Shown: positions 54,769 through 64,000 of the stretch, one piece after another
Layout of the letters: each line of letters opens with the position of its first letter
Numbering within the stretch: the first letter of the stretch is position 1
From: Candidatus Spongiisociaceae bacterium
Lineage (GTDB): Bacteria; Actinomycetota; Acidimicrobiia; Spongiisociales; Spongiisociaceae
Direction of reading: 5' to 3'
NCBI GenBank assembly: GCA_965262915.1
Contig: OZ253564.1
Location: 544,001-608,000, forward strand
DNA: 64,000 nucleotides
The notes under the pieces: generated by a model
Told to the model about the DNA's origin: nothing
Seen by the model: the letters and a program-made list of their open reading frames with translations, nothing else
Databases searched by the model: none
Made by a program: the position numbers and the translations under genes

Positions 54769-55983
54769 TCAAAGGAGACCCTGTTGCCGTAGGTGATCGA
54801 GTCGGGAAGCTTGCAAGCCGAGCACCTCGTTGAGGACGGACTCGGTGTCGACGCCCAGCAGCGGCGCCGGGCGGGGGGCGGTCCGGGCTACCGACGAGAA
54901 GGCCATGGGCGTTCCCGGCACGGGGTAACGACCGATCCCCGGCTGGTCCACGTAGGACCACATCGGGTTGACGCCGGGCTGCACCCTGGGGTCTCCCTCC
55001 ACCAGTTCCCTCACCGTGCGGTACGGACCCCAGCAGATCCGGTACCGGTCGAGGACGCGGCTCACCTCGGCGGTGGTGTGCCGGCAGAACCATTCCTCCA
55101 GGATCGTGGCGATCCGCTCCCGGGCGGCGAACCGGTCCCCCTCGTCCGACAGGTCCACCCCCAGTTCGCCCTCCAGCCGGGCCATGGCGCCGGCGGTGCC
55201 GGTGGCCTCCACGAGGGAAGACCAGTGGCGGGGTGTGAGAGCGATGATCATGACCCGGCCGCCGTCGGAGGTGACGAAGTCCTTGCCGAAGGTGCCGTAT
55301 ACGTAGTTGCCATGGCGGCCGCGGTCCTCGTCGTTGATGACAACCTCCGCCACCTGCCCGAGGTGGCCGAGGGTGGCGAAGCCCACATCCGCCAGGGAGA
55401 GCTCGACCAGGCTGCCCTCGCCCGTCCGGGAACGGCGCCGCTCGGCGGCCAGCACCGCGGTGACCACCATGCCTCCCGCCACGAGGTCCCAGGCCGGGAG
55501 GACGTGGTTGACGGGCTCGCCGCCGACCCCGGTGATCCCGGGGTAGCCGGCGGCCGCGTTGACCGTGTAGTCGACCGCGATCGAGCCGTCCGGATTGCCC
55601 TTGAGGGCCACCATTATCAGATCGGGCCGGTCCTGCCGGAGATCCTCGTAGCGAAGCCAGCGCGGGGAGAGGTTGGTGATCAGGATGCCGGCGTCGTCGC
55701 CGGGTGCGGTGATGAGGCGGCGGACCAGCCGCCGACCCTCCTCCCGTCTGAGATCGAGGGTCACCGAACGTTTCCCCTTGTTCAGGCCCGCCCAGTAGAG
55801 ACCGGCGCCCCCGGCGGTGATGGGACGCCGCCGGTAGTCCAGGCCGCCCCCGGGCGGGTCCACCCTGATGACCTCCGCGCCCAGCTGCGCCAGGGTCATG
55901 CCTGCCAGCGGTACCGCGACGAACGCGGACAACTCCACGACCCGGAGACCGTCCAGAAGGCCCGCCGTTGTGCCTGACTCCAT
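54769..55983 (-). CDS. CaiB/BaiF family III CoA-transferase, mesaconyl-CoA isomerase (Mct)-like
   Basis: SAFVAVPLAGMTLAQLGAEVIR.DP.GGGLDY.R, WAGLNKGKRS, VDYTVN, NHVLPAWD. Confidence 0.85.
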   Translation of the reverse strand: MESGTTAGLLDGLRVVELSAFVAVPLAGMTLAQLGAEVIRVDPPGGGLDYRRRPITAGGAGLYWAGLNKGKRSVTLDLRREEGRRLVRRLITAPGDDAGILITNLSPRWLRYEDLRQDRPDLIMVALKGNPDGSIAVDYTVNAAAGYPGITGVGGEPVNHVLPAWDLVAGGMVVTAVLAAERRRSRTGEGSLVELSLADVGFATLGHLGQVAEVVINDEDRGRHGNYVYGTFGKDFVTSDGGRVMIIALTPRHWSSLVEATGTAGAMARLEGELGVDLSDEGDRFAARERIATILEEWFCRHTTAEVSRVLDRYRICWGPYRTVRELVEGDPRVQPGVNPMWSYVDQPGIGRYPVPGTPMAFSSVARTAPRPAPLLGVDTESVLNEVLGLQASRLDHLRQQGLL

Positions 55984-56035
55984 CCCGGCATCCTACGATT
56001 AGCCGGCGCGATTACCGAACTGCCAAGGAGGATCC

Positions 56036-56404
56036 ATGCAGGAAGTCATAGGGGAAGGAACATACGACCCGGCCGACTACGAGGCCGAGTTGGCCGCCGC
56101 CCCGACCAACCACCAGGTGGGAACCAAGCTCGTCTTCGAGAACGACCGGGTGGGGGTATGGGAGATCAGACTCCAGCCCGGTGAGAGGGGCGCCTTCCAC
56201 ATCCACGACAGGCCGTACTTCTGGACGGTGGTGGACGCGGGGATCGGCCGGCAGCGCTCGGACGACGGTACCTATGCCGTGCGCCGCTACGAGGTGGGGG
56301 ACACCAGCTTCGGGAACCACTCCCGCGACGACTACATGATCCACGACTTCGAGAACTACGGCGACACCCAGATACGCTTCATCACCGTCGAGCTCTACGG
56401 TTGA
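56036..56404 (+). CDS. Cupin-domain protein
   Basis: FENDRV.VW...L.PGE...H.H, H..EN. Confidence 0.82.
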   Translation: MQEVIGEGTYDPADYEAELAAAPTNHQVGTKLVFENDRVGVWEIRLQPGERGAFHIHDRPYFWTVVDAGIGRQRSDDGTYAVRRYEVGDTSFGNHSRDDYMIHDFENYGDTQIRFITVELYG

Positions 56405-56408
56405 GCCT

Positions 56409-58010
56409 GTGGCCCGCCCGCTGATGGCGGGCTTCGTATCCGGAGCGGACCTCCTCGCCGGGGCGGCCATGTCCAGGCTGGCCTCGGCGGGGGCCGACCT
56501 GATGTTCGGCGTTCCCGGAGGCGGTCCCAACATCGGCATGATCCGGAGGGGCGCCGATGCCGGCATACGGTTCGTCCTGACCCACGGGGAGACCGCCGCC
56601 TGCATCGCGGCCGGCGCCTACGGCAAGCTGACCGGATCGCCGGGCGTGGCGGGGGTGACGCGGGGGCCCGGAGTCACCTCGGCTGCCAACGGTATGGCCC
56701 AGGCCACACTCGACCGGTTCCCCCTGATCCTGCTGAGCGACGCGGTTCCGGCCGCGGAGCGGGGCTGGGCGGCCCACCAGCGGCTGGATCAGCAGCGGAT
56801 GATGGCGCCGCTCACCAAGTGGACCGGCGCCCTCGGGTCCGCGGAGCCGTCCCGGGTGATCGAACGGGCCGCCCGGCTGGCTGTGACCGCCCCGGCCGGA
56901 TCCGTCCACCTGGACTTCGATCCCACCGCTCCTGGCGACCTGCCTCCCGATCCCCCGCCTCCCACCGTCCTCGATCGCCGAGCCCTGGGGTCGGCCCGGG
57001 GGTTGGCTGCCGGGGCGCGCCGGCCGGTGTTCCTGGTGGGGGCAGAGGCCATTCCCCAAGCCCGGAAGGTGCGCTCGGTGGTCGAGAACCTGGGCGTCCC
57101 GGCCCTGGTGACCTACCAGGCGAAAGGGGTCGTCCCCGACACCTCGCCCAGCTACGGGGGCCTGTTCACCAACTCCATGTCCGAGCGGCAGTTGATCGAG
57201 CAGGCCGATCTCATCGTCGCGGTGGAGCTCGATCCGGTGGAGCCCCTGGCCCGTCCCTGGCCCTACACGACTCCGGTGCTGGCCCTGAACAGCCGGCCGC
57301 TCACCGATTCCTATTACCCGGTGGCCGTCGAGGTGATCGGTCCCGTCGATGCCGCCCTCGACGCCCTCGCGGAGTCGTTCTCGGCCACGTGGCCCGCCGG
57401 CGCCGGGCCCGACGCCAACGCCCTGGTCCTCGAGGCGCTCCGCGCCGAACGCCCGGGATTCTCGCCATTCGATCTCATGGAGGCGGTCGCCGATGCCGGC
57501 CCCGACGACCCGATCGTGACGGTCGACGCGGGCGCCCATTTCCTGGTCGTCATGCCCTACTGGCCGGTGAGCCGCCCCCTCGACCTGCTGATCTCGAACG
57601 GGCTCGCCACCATGGGGTTCGCCCTCCCGGCCGCCATCGGAGCCGCCCTGGCCCGGCCGGGGAGACCGGTGCTCTGCCTGACCGGTGACGGCGGGCTGGG
57701 AATGACCATGGCCGAACTGGAGACGCTGGCCAGGCTGGATCTCGACATCACCGTCGTGGTCTTCAACGACTCGACGCTCAGCCTCATCGACATCAAGCAG
57801 GGCTCCCCGAGCGCCGAGGGCGTGAACCCGGTCTGCTACGGGACCACCGACTTCGCCGCGGCCGCCCGGTCGATGGGGGTGCCGGGTCATGTGGCCGGGG
57901 GACCCGATGATGTCCGCAGGGCGCTGGCTGCCGGACGCGGCCCCCGGGTGATCGACGCCCGCATAAACCCCGAGGTCTACACCCACGTGATAGATACCGC
58001 CCGCGGTTGA
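56409..58010 (+). CDS. Thiamine-pyrophosphate-binding enzyme (acetolactate-synthase-like)
   Basis: FGVPGG, HGE, GPG, SNGLATMGFALP, GDGG...VFND. Confidence 0.9.
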   Translation: MARPLMAGFVSGADLLAGAAMSRLASAGADLMFGVPGGGPNIGMIRRGADAGIRFVLTHGETAACIAAGAYGKLTGSPGVAGVTRGPGVTSAANGMAQATLDRFPLILLSDAVPAAERGWAAHQRLDQQRMMAPLTKWTGALGSAEPSRVIERAARLAVTAPAGSVHLDFDPTAPGDLPPDPPPPTVLDRRALGSARGLAAGARRPVFLVGAEAIPQARKVRSVVENLGVPALVTYQAKGVVPDTSPSYGGLFTNSMSERQLIEQADLIVAVELDPVEPLARPWPYTTPVLALNSRPLTDSYYPVAVEVIGPVDAALDALAESFSATWPAGAGPDANALVLEALRAERPGFSPFDLMEAVADAGPDDPIVTVDAGAHFLVVMPYWPVSRPLDLLISNGLATMGFALPAAIGAALARPGRPVLCLTGDGGLGMTMAELETLARLDLDITVVVFNDSTLSLIDIKQGSPSAEGVNPVCYGTTDFAAAARSMGVPGHVAGGPDDVRRALAAGRGPRVIDARINPEVYTHVIDTARG

Positions 58011-58089
58011 GATCCGCCGGCCCGATGGCCTGGGCGCGGGGCGGTGGGAGTACGATCCGAGCGAACCGACCGACCAGGAGGTGCTACCA

Positions 58090-58611
58090 ATGGGAATCAG
58101 GCTCTATGAGTTTCTGGACGTATCCGGCGGGCTACAAGCAGGCCAGTTCGGTATCGGAGGTCGCAGGGAGATCGACAGCCTCAACGACTTGAACCCGATC
58201 TACAAGCAGCTCTTGGACGAGCGGGTGACGGCGGTGATGAGCGTCATAGCGGCCGACGGCCGGCCGAGCCTCACCGCGATGTGGTTCGACTACGAGGACG
58301 ACAAGGTGTTGGTCAATGTTGCCTCGCAGCGCAAGAAGACAGCCTGGATCAGGGCTAATCCCGAAGTCTCCCTGATCCTGATCAACCCGAAGAATCCGTA
58401 CCACTGGGTGTCGATGAAGGTGACAGCGGACCGGGAGATCTCCGAGGACGATCCAGGCGAGGGTGCCCGCGTCACCGCCCAGCTGGACGGGATCTGGACG
58501 AAGTACACGGGTGCGGAGCCGCCCTATGGCCTGAGAGATCCGTCCATCGACGAACGCCGGGTCCTGTTCGAGTGCCGGGTGGACAAGGTCTCGACCTTCG
58601 GGCAGCCCTGA
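58090..58611 (+). CDS. Pyridoxamine-5'-phosphate oxidase-like (PPOX class, possibly F420-binding) protein
   Basis: DGRP....MWF, RKK..WIR.NP.VSL. Confidence 0.78.
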   Translation: MGIRLYEFLDVSGGLQAGQFGIGGRREIDSLNDLNPIYKQLLDERVTAVMSVIAADGRPSLTAMWFDYEDDKVLVNVASQRKKTAWIRANPEVSLILINPKNPYHWVSMKVTADREISEDDPGEGARVTAQLDGIWTKYTGAEPPYGLRDPSIDERRVLFECRVDKVSTFGQP

Positions 58612-58648
58612 CAGAGGGCGCCGGCCGGCCCCCTCCCCGGGCGGCGCC

Positions 58649-59851
58649 GTGAGCGCGATGCCCAAGGTGGCCGTGGTGGGCGGATCGGTGGGCGGTCTCA
58701 CCGCGGCGCTGGTGCTGGCAGACCTCGGCTGCGACGTGGACGTGTACGAACGGTCCACGGCGGAGCTGGAGGCGCGCGGGGCCGGCATAGTCTTGCACCC
58801 GGTGACGGTCCGGTACTTCGAGGAGCACCGTCCGCTGGAGGTGGCCAGGGTGATGGTCCGTCTGCCCTGGCTCCGTTTCCTGGATCGCGTCGGCGCCACC
58901 CGCTACGAGGAGCGGAGGAACTACCGGTTCAGCTCCTGGAACACCATCTACCGGAACCTACTGGCCCATTTCGATCGTGACCGGTACCACCTCGGCTTCG
59001 AGATGACCGGTCTGGATCAGGACGCCGACCGGGCCACGGTCCACTTCGCCGATGGCGGCAAGGCCTCCGCCGACCTGGTGGTATGCGCCGACGGGGTCTC
59101 GTCGCTGGCAAGGGCCATACTCCAACCCCACATCGAGCCCCGCTACGCCGGGTACGTGGCGTGGCGAGGCACGATACCGGAGTCGGAGCTGTCGTCCTCC
59201 ACCGCTCAGCGGCTTGGCGATGCGATCACCTACCACCTCAGCGACGAGGGCCACATCCTCGTCTACCCCATCCCGGGCCTCGACGGCGAACTGGAACCGG
59301 GCCGCCGGGTGCAGGGCTTCGTCTGGTACCACAACTACGCCGACGGGATCGAGCTGGAGGATCTTCTGACCGACCGGACCGGGATCCGGCGCGAGGCTTC
59401 GGTTCCTCCCGGTCTGATGCGCGAGGAGTACGTGGCGTGGACCAAGGAGTACGCCGAAGCCCGCTTCCCCCCGGTGGTGACCGAAGTGGTGTCCAGGATC
59501 GCCAACCCGTTCGTCCAGGTCGTATTCGACGTGGCGGTGGATCGTATGGCCTTCGGACGGATCTGCCTGATCGGGGACGGCGCGATCTCGGTACGTCCCC
59601 ACGCCGGAGCCGGAACCGCCAAGGCCTGCGCCGATGCGTGGGCGCTGGGAGACGCGCTGAGGGATACGGAAGGGAACGTGGTCGCGGGCCTGGCTGCTTG
59701 GGAGCCGGGCCAGCTGGAGCTCGGCCATGCCCTGCTGGAGCGGGCCCGCTGGATCGGAGACGGCAGCCAGTTCCGCCACGACTGGACACCGGGCGACCCC
59801 CGCCTTCGTTTCGGTCTGTACGAAGCGGGCGATGCGGCCTTCCCCGAGTGA
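58649..59851 (+). CDS. FAD monooxygenase, 2,6-dihydroxypyridine 3-hydroxylase-like
   Basis: VVGGSVGGLTAA, ADG, YAGYVAWRG, LIGD, RPHAGAGTAKA. Confidence 0.85.
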   Translation: MSAMPKVAVVGGSVGGLTAALVLADLGCDVDVYERSTAELEARGAGIVLHPVTVRYFEEHRPLEVARVMVRLPWLRFLDRVGATRYEERRNYRFSSWNTIYRNLLAHFDRDRYHLGFEMTGLDQDADRATVHFADGGKASADLVVCADGVSSLARAILQPHIEPRYAGYVAWRGTIPESELSSSTAQRLGDAITYHLSDEGHILVYPIPGLDGELEPGRRVQGFVWYHNYADGIELEDLLTDRTGIRREASVPPGLMREEYVAWTKEYAEARFPPVVTEVVSRIANPFVQVVFDVAVDRMAFGRICLIGDGAISVRPHAGAGTAKACADAWALGDALRDTEGNVVAGLAAWEPGQLELGHALLERARWIGDGSQFRHDWTPGDPRLRFGLYEAGDAAFPE

Positions 59852-60204
59852 CCGCGCCGGCGCCCGCCGACTGCCGGCCGGTGGCCCCACCCGCCAGATC
59901 GCGAGAAACGCGGTACGGCGCCCCCCTGCGGGGCCCGGCCCCCACCTCCACCACTCCGTACCGGATCACGGGCGACGCCGCGGGCTTGCCGCCGGCCGGA
60001 GCTTCTCGGCTGCCCGTAGCGGTCGCCCCCGTCGGGTGCAGGTCCTATCCGGACCGCTCCCTCCGGGGGGTGACCCCAAGATGATCGCCGCTTCCGGAAC
60101 CGCGGCGATGTTTGCGTTTTCGGTACTCCCAACTATGCCGCATGGGTGTGACATCGACAACCCCCTTGCCGCGCGCCTGGTGGATCTGCCGGTCCGGGAA
60201 GCCT

Positions 60205-61221
60205 ATGGATCCTGAAGTGCGGGCCGCGGCGCTGATATCCCATCGGGGACCCTTCGCCATGCAGGGGAAGGAGGCGTCCATGGGCCTGGAACTGTGGGCA
60301 CGCCTGGACGGTGCGGATCTGGAGCTGGTGGACGACCCGGCGCCTGCCTCGGTCACCGAGACCTACCACCGCTGGCTGCGGGACGATCGGATCCACGTGG
60401 TGCTCGGATCCTACGGGAGCGGCCTTGTGCGCCGGACGCTACCCGCGGTGGACGGGGCGGGGAAGGTGCTCTGGAACCATGGGGGCTCGGCCGACGACCT
60501 CACCCGTCCGGGGGTGGTGCAGGTCGTGGCGCCGGCGTCCGGTTACCTGGTGGGAGCGGTCAGGCTGTGCGCCCGCCTCGGTATCCCCCGCCTGGCCATA
60601 GTGACGGGGCGGGGACCCTTCGCCGCCTTCGTGGCCAGGGGCGCCCGTGACGAGGCCCGGCGGCTGGGTATCGAGGCCCGGATCGTGGCCGGTACGGACC
60701 GGCTCCCTGCGGTCGACGCGGCGGGGGCGGTGCTGGTCACCGCCGGGTTCCAGGAGGATGCGGCGGTAGTGGAGAGGATCCGGGCGGGCACGATCCGACC
60801 CGCCCTGCTGGGGTGCGTGGCTGCCGGGGTCCCGCAGTTCGCCGAGCGCCTGGGCCGGCACGCGGAGGGCGTTGTCGGCCCTACCCAGTGGACTCCCGCA
60901 ACGTCCGCTCCCGAGGTGGGGCCCTCCGGGGAGCGCTTCGGCCACCTCTACGAAGAGGCCTACGGGCGGCGTCCCGGATACGTGGCGGCCCAGGCAGCGG
61001 CTGCCGGGTTCCTGGGGGCCCGCGCCCACCGGCTCGGCATGGGGTACGACGGCATGCTCGCTTGGCGTTCCTCCACCCTGCTGGGCGGGTTCGCCCTCGA
61101 CGAACGGTGGCGGCAGGTCGGGTACGACGTCTCTACCATCCGCTGGCGCGGCGGCCGTATGGTGCTGGTCCCGACCGACCCCGGCCCCGGTGGCGGAGAG
61201 CACGCCCAGACAGGGGGGTAG
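60205..61221 (+). CDS. Type-1 periplasmic-binding-fold (branched-chain amino acid-like) protein with no signal peptide
   Basis: G.FA.QG, VLGSYGSG, WNHGG, EGVVGPTQW. Confidence 0.7.
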   Translation: MDPEVRAAALISHRGPFAMQGKEASMGLELWARLDGADLELVDDPAPASVTETYHRWLRDDRIHVVLGSYGSGLVRRTLPAVDGAGKVLWNHGGSADDLTRPGVVQVVAPASGYLVGAVRLCARLGIPRLAIVTGRGPFAAFVARGARDEARRLGIEARIVAGTDRLPAVDAAGAVLVTAGFQEDAAVVERIRAGTIRPALLGCVAAGVPQFAERLGRHAEGVVGPTQWTPATSAPEVGPSGERFGHLYEEAYGRRPGYVAAQAAAAGFLGARAHRLGMGYDGMLAWRSSTLLGGFALDERWRQVGYDVSTIRWRGGRMVLVPTDPGPGGGEHAQTGG

Positions 61222-61270
61222 CGCCGCTGCCGATGCGGTCCGGGCCGCCGTCGGCGTCCTCGCTAGACGG

Positions 61271-61436
61271 TCACCCGGAGAGGTCGAGTCGGTAGAACGC
61301 GACCGCGTTGGCGCCGAACAGGGCCTCCTCGACTGCGGCCTCGATCCCGCCCAGCACTTCCCGCAGGGCGGCGATCACGGACCCGTACGAGGCGGCCAGG
61401 TCGGGGGGCCGCCATCATGCCCGACAGCTTGCACCA
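61271..61436 (-). pseudogene. Decayed duplicate 3' end of the amidohydrolase at 62857-63699
   Basis: 61302-61400 equals 62882-62980 (97/99); 61414-61436 matches 63098-63120; own C-terminus FYRLDLSG*. Confidence 0.88.
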
Positions 61437-61629
61437 CCTGGCCGGATCGTGGCTGGGAAGAGCACGAATGGAAGCTCCCATGGGTGGCCCTTTTGGGATT
61501 GGCGTGTCCGGGGGCCGGTCGATGCGGGTGGTTTGGGTCGTGCGCCGTCGCGGGCGAGGCGAGTCGTCGTCTTCGTATTCATGCTATTTTGGCGCGACAG
61601 TCCGTGGGCGATGTTGCAGAGGAGGCGCT

Positions 61630-62298
61630 GTGGGTGATGTGATCGCCCTGTTGGATCGCGATGTGTACGGCATGGGCCAGGTGGATCGTCTGTTGGGCCT
61701 CTCCCGTGGTACTGCATATCGTTGGATCGATGGGTACGAGCGGCGAGGGCGGCGCTATGAGCCGTTGGTGAGGGCGGCGACCAGCGGTTCGGAGACTGTT
61801 ACATGGGGAGAGTTCGTGGAGGTACGTCTCATTTCTGAGTATCGACGCCAAGGAGTGTCGGTCTTCCGTATGCGCCCGGCGATCATGGCGCTTCGCGACG
61901 AGTTCAGCACGGACTATCCACTGGCCGCTGCACAACCGTTCTTGAGCGCTGAGGGCCGTGAATTGGTCCTGCGAGTGCAGCAGGAAACGAACTTGCGGCC
62001 TTCGCTTCGTTTCGTGGTTCGTAGTGGGCAGACCGTTCTGCCGTCCCTTGAGGTTTACCGTTTTCAGCAGGCCGCGGACTACGACGATGACATGGTGCGC
62101 CGGTTCCGTATCGCGGATAACGTTGTGATCGATCCCGAGTACGCGTCGGGCGAGCCGACTATCACGGGGCGCCGCCTGCGGGTAGCTACTGTTGCCGAGT
62201 CCATCGCAGCGGGTGAACAGCGAGAGGCTGTCGCGGAGATGTGGGATATCACACCCCAAGCCGTAGATGACGCTGTGCGCTGCTCCAACGTTGCATGA
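61630..62298 (+). CDS. HTH + DUF433 antitoxin (VapB45-like)
   Basis: N-terminal HTH, TWGEFVE, IDPEYASGEPTI.GRRL; RBS GAGGAGG. Confidence 0.85.
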   Translation: MGDVIALLDRDVYGMGQVDRLLGLSRGTAYRWIDGYERRGRRYEPLVRAATSGSETVTWGEFVEVRLISEYRRQGVSVFRMRPAIMALRDEFSTDYPLAAAQPFLSAEGRELVLRVQQETNLRPSLRFVVRSGQTVLPSLEVYRFQQAADYDDDMVRRFRIADNVVIDPEYASGEPTITGRRLRVATVAESIAAGEQREAVAEMWDITPQAVDDAVRCSNVA

Positions 62299-62698
62299 GA
62301 TCAGGGGGTGTTTTCGCTGATGAGAACATCCTTCCGGTTGGGAGGAAGCTAGCGGAGCTACATGAAGTAGGAACCGTTCTCTATCCGGGGCACGAAGATA
62401 TCGCAGAACTGCCGCTGGGCGCGAAAGACACCGAAATATTCGGGGAGATCGGCGCGGACCGAAGAACCTGCTGTTTATCACCCGTGACAAGAAGATCAGA
62501 ACGCGGCCGATAGAGCGCGAGAAACTCCGTGATGCGAAAGTTCGAGCTGTCATCCTCACGGGACGGTCGAATATGACACAGGACGACATCGGCCATCTCA
62601 TCCTCGAGTTTTGGGATGAGATGGCCGAATTGGATGCTTCACGAAGCGGGCCATGCATCTTCTCCCTCACGACGCAAGGGCTTCGGGAGTTGTCCTAG
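62295..62698 (+). pseudogene. VapC45-like PIN toxin, frameshifted near 62460
   Basis: FADEN...G.KD.E in frame 1; LLFITRDKKIRTRPIE...GPCIF in the shifted frame. Confidence 0.82.
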
Positions 62699-62856
62699 TT
62701 CCGCTCAAACCACAAGACCGACTCGCGCCTAGTCCTGCAACCACGGATACGGAACCGCTTCGGCGTCTGAACCCAGGCGTCGGATAGATCAGGACACTGG
62801 TGTGCCGAGTCGGAAGGTCGTTCCAGATACCCGGGGGACACCAAAGACCTGGAACA

Positions 62857-63699
<843 letters not shown>

Positions 63700-63919
63700 T
63701 CGCGACCTCCCCGACGGTGCCTCCCCAGGCTACCCACCCGCCTGGCAAGGCAGCCGCCGAGAGCCCGGACCCACCCGCCCCGAGGTCCGGGTGTCCGTAA
63801 CCGATCCGCCATTGGGGTGCTGGACCGCGCTCACGGGGAAAAGCCGTCTCCGCGTTTGCGATCCGGCTCGGGTTTTCTCCTCCCGCCCCTACACTGTGGT
63901 TCGACAACCGATCGAGAGT

Positions 63920-64000
63920 CGTTCAAGCGCCTGGCCCCGGTCCCCGCCGGGGTGACGAGGAAGAGGGAGTATCGAAATACTCGGCGGATACCCTCTCGGC
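63920..64000 (+). ncRNA. glmS ribozyme (5' catalytic core; runs past the window end)
   Basis: AGCGCCTGG-[P1 CCCCGG/CCGGGG]-TGACGAGG-AAGAGGG..ATCGAA...TCGGCGGATACCCTCTCGG matches the glmS core consensus. Confidence 0.9.

Overview
High-GC actinobacterial chromosome segment, probably Acidimicrobiia (inferred from gene content), near the replication origin: it carries tRNA-Ala(TGC), crgA, trpG/pabA and the fhaA-fhaB-pstP-rodA-pbpA-pknB cluster. Bases 1-7223 are the distal end of an element integrated at tRNA-Ile. That end carries an IS110 inserted into an ISL3 terminal repeat (all four bridge-RNA guides can be read directly), a truncated stand-alone RAMP/Cas7-like gene, and an AT-richer four-gene operon (YwgA/DUF4065-like protein, membrane protein, PD-(D/E)xK-like protein, TGT-like Zn-binding protein) that is the best candidate for an undescribed defence system. 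Bases ~7.3-39.8 kb are accessory catabolic and transport genes, including an ECF transporter + nucleoside phosphorylase + isoorotate-decarboxylase-like operon, interspersed with toxin-antitoxin (TA) modules, IS30, ISL3, MITEs and a (CCGACTA)28 repeat. Other notable signals are an apparently catalytically dead RodA-PbpA pair, a DnaA-box cluster, an IS982-split DUF3800 gene with a downstream structured-RNA candidate, TA modules flanked by duplicated fragments of the neighbouring gene, and a glmS ribozyme at the right edge. All family assignments are by motif recognition; no database searches were run.
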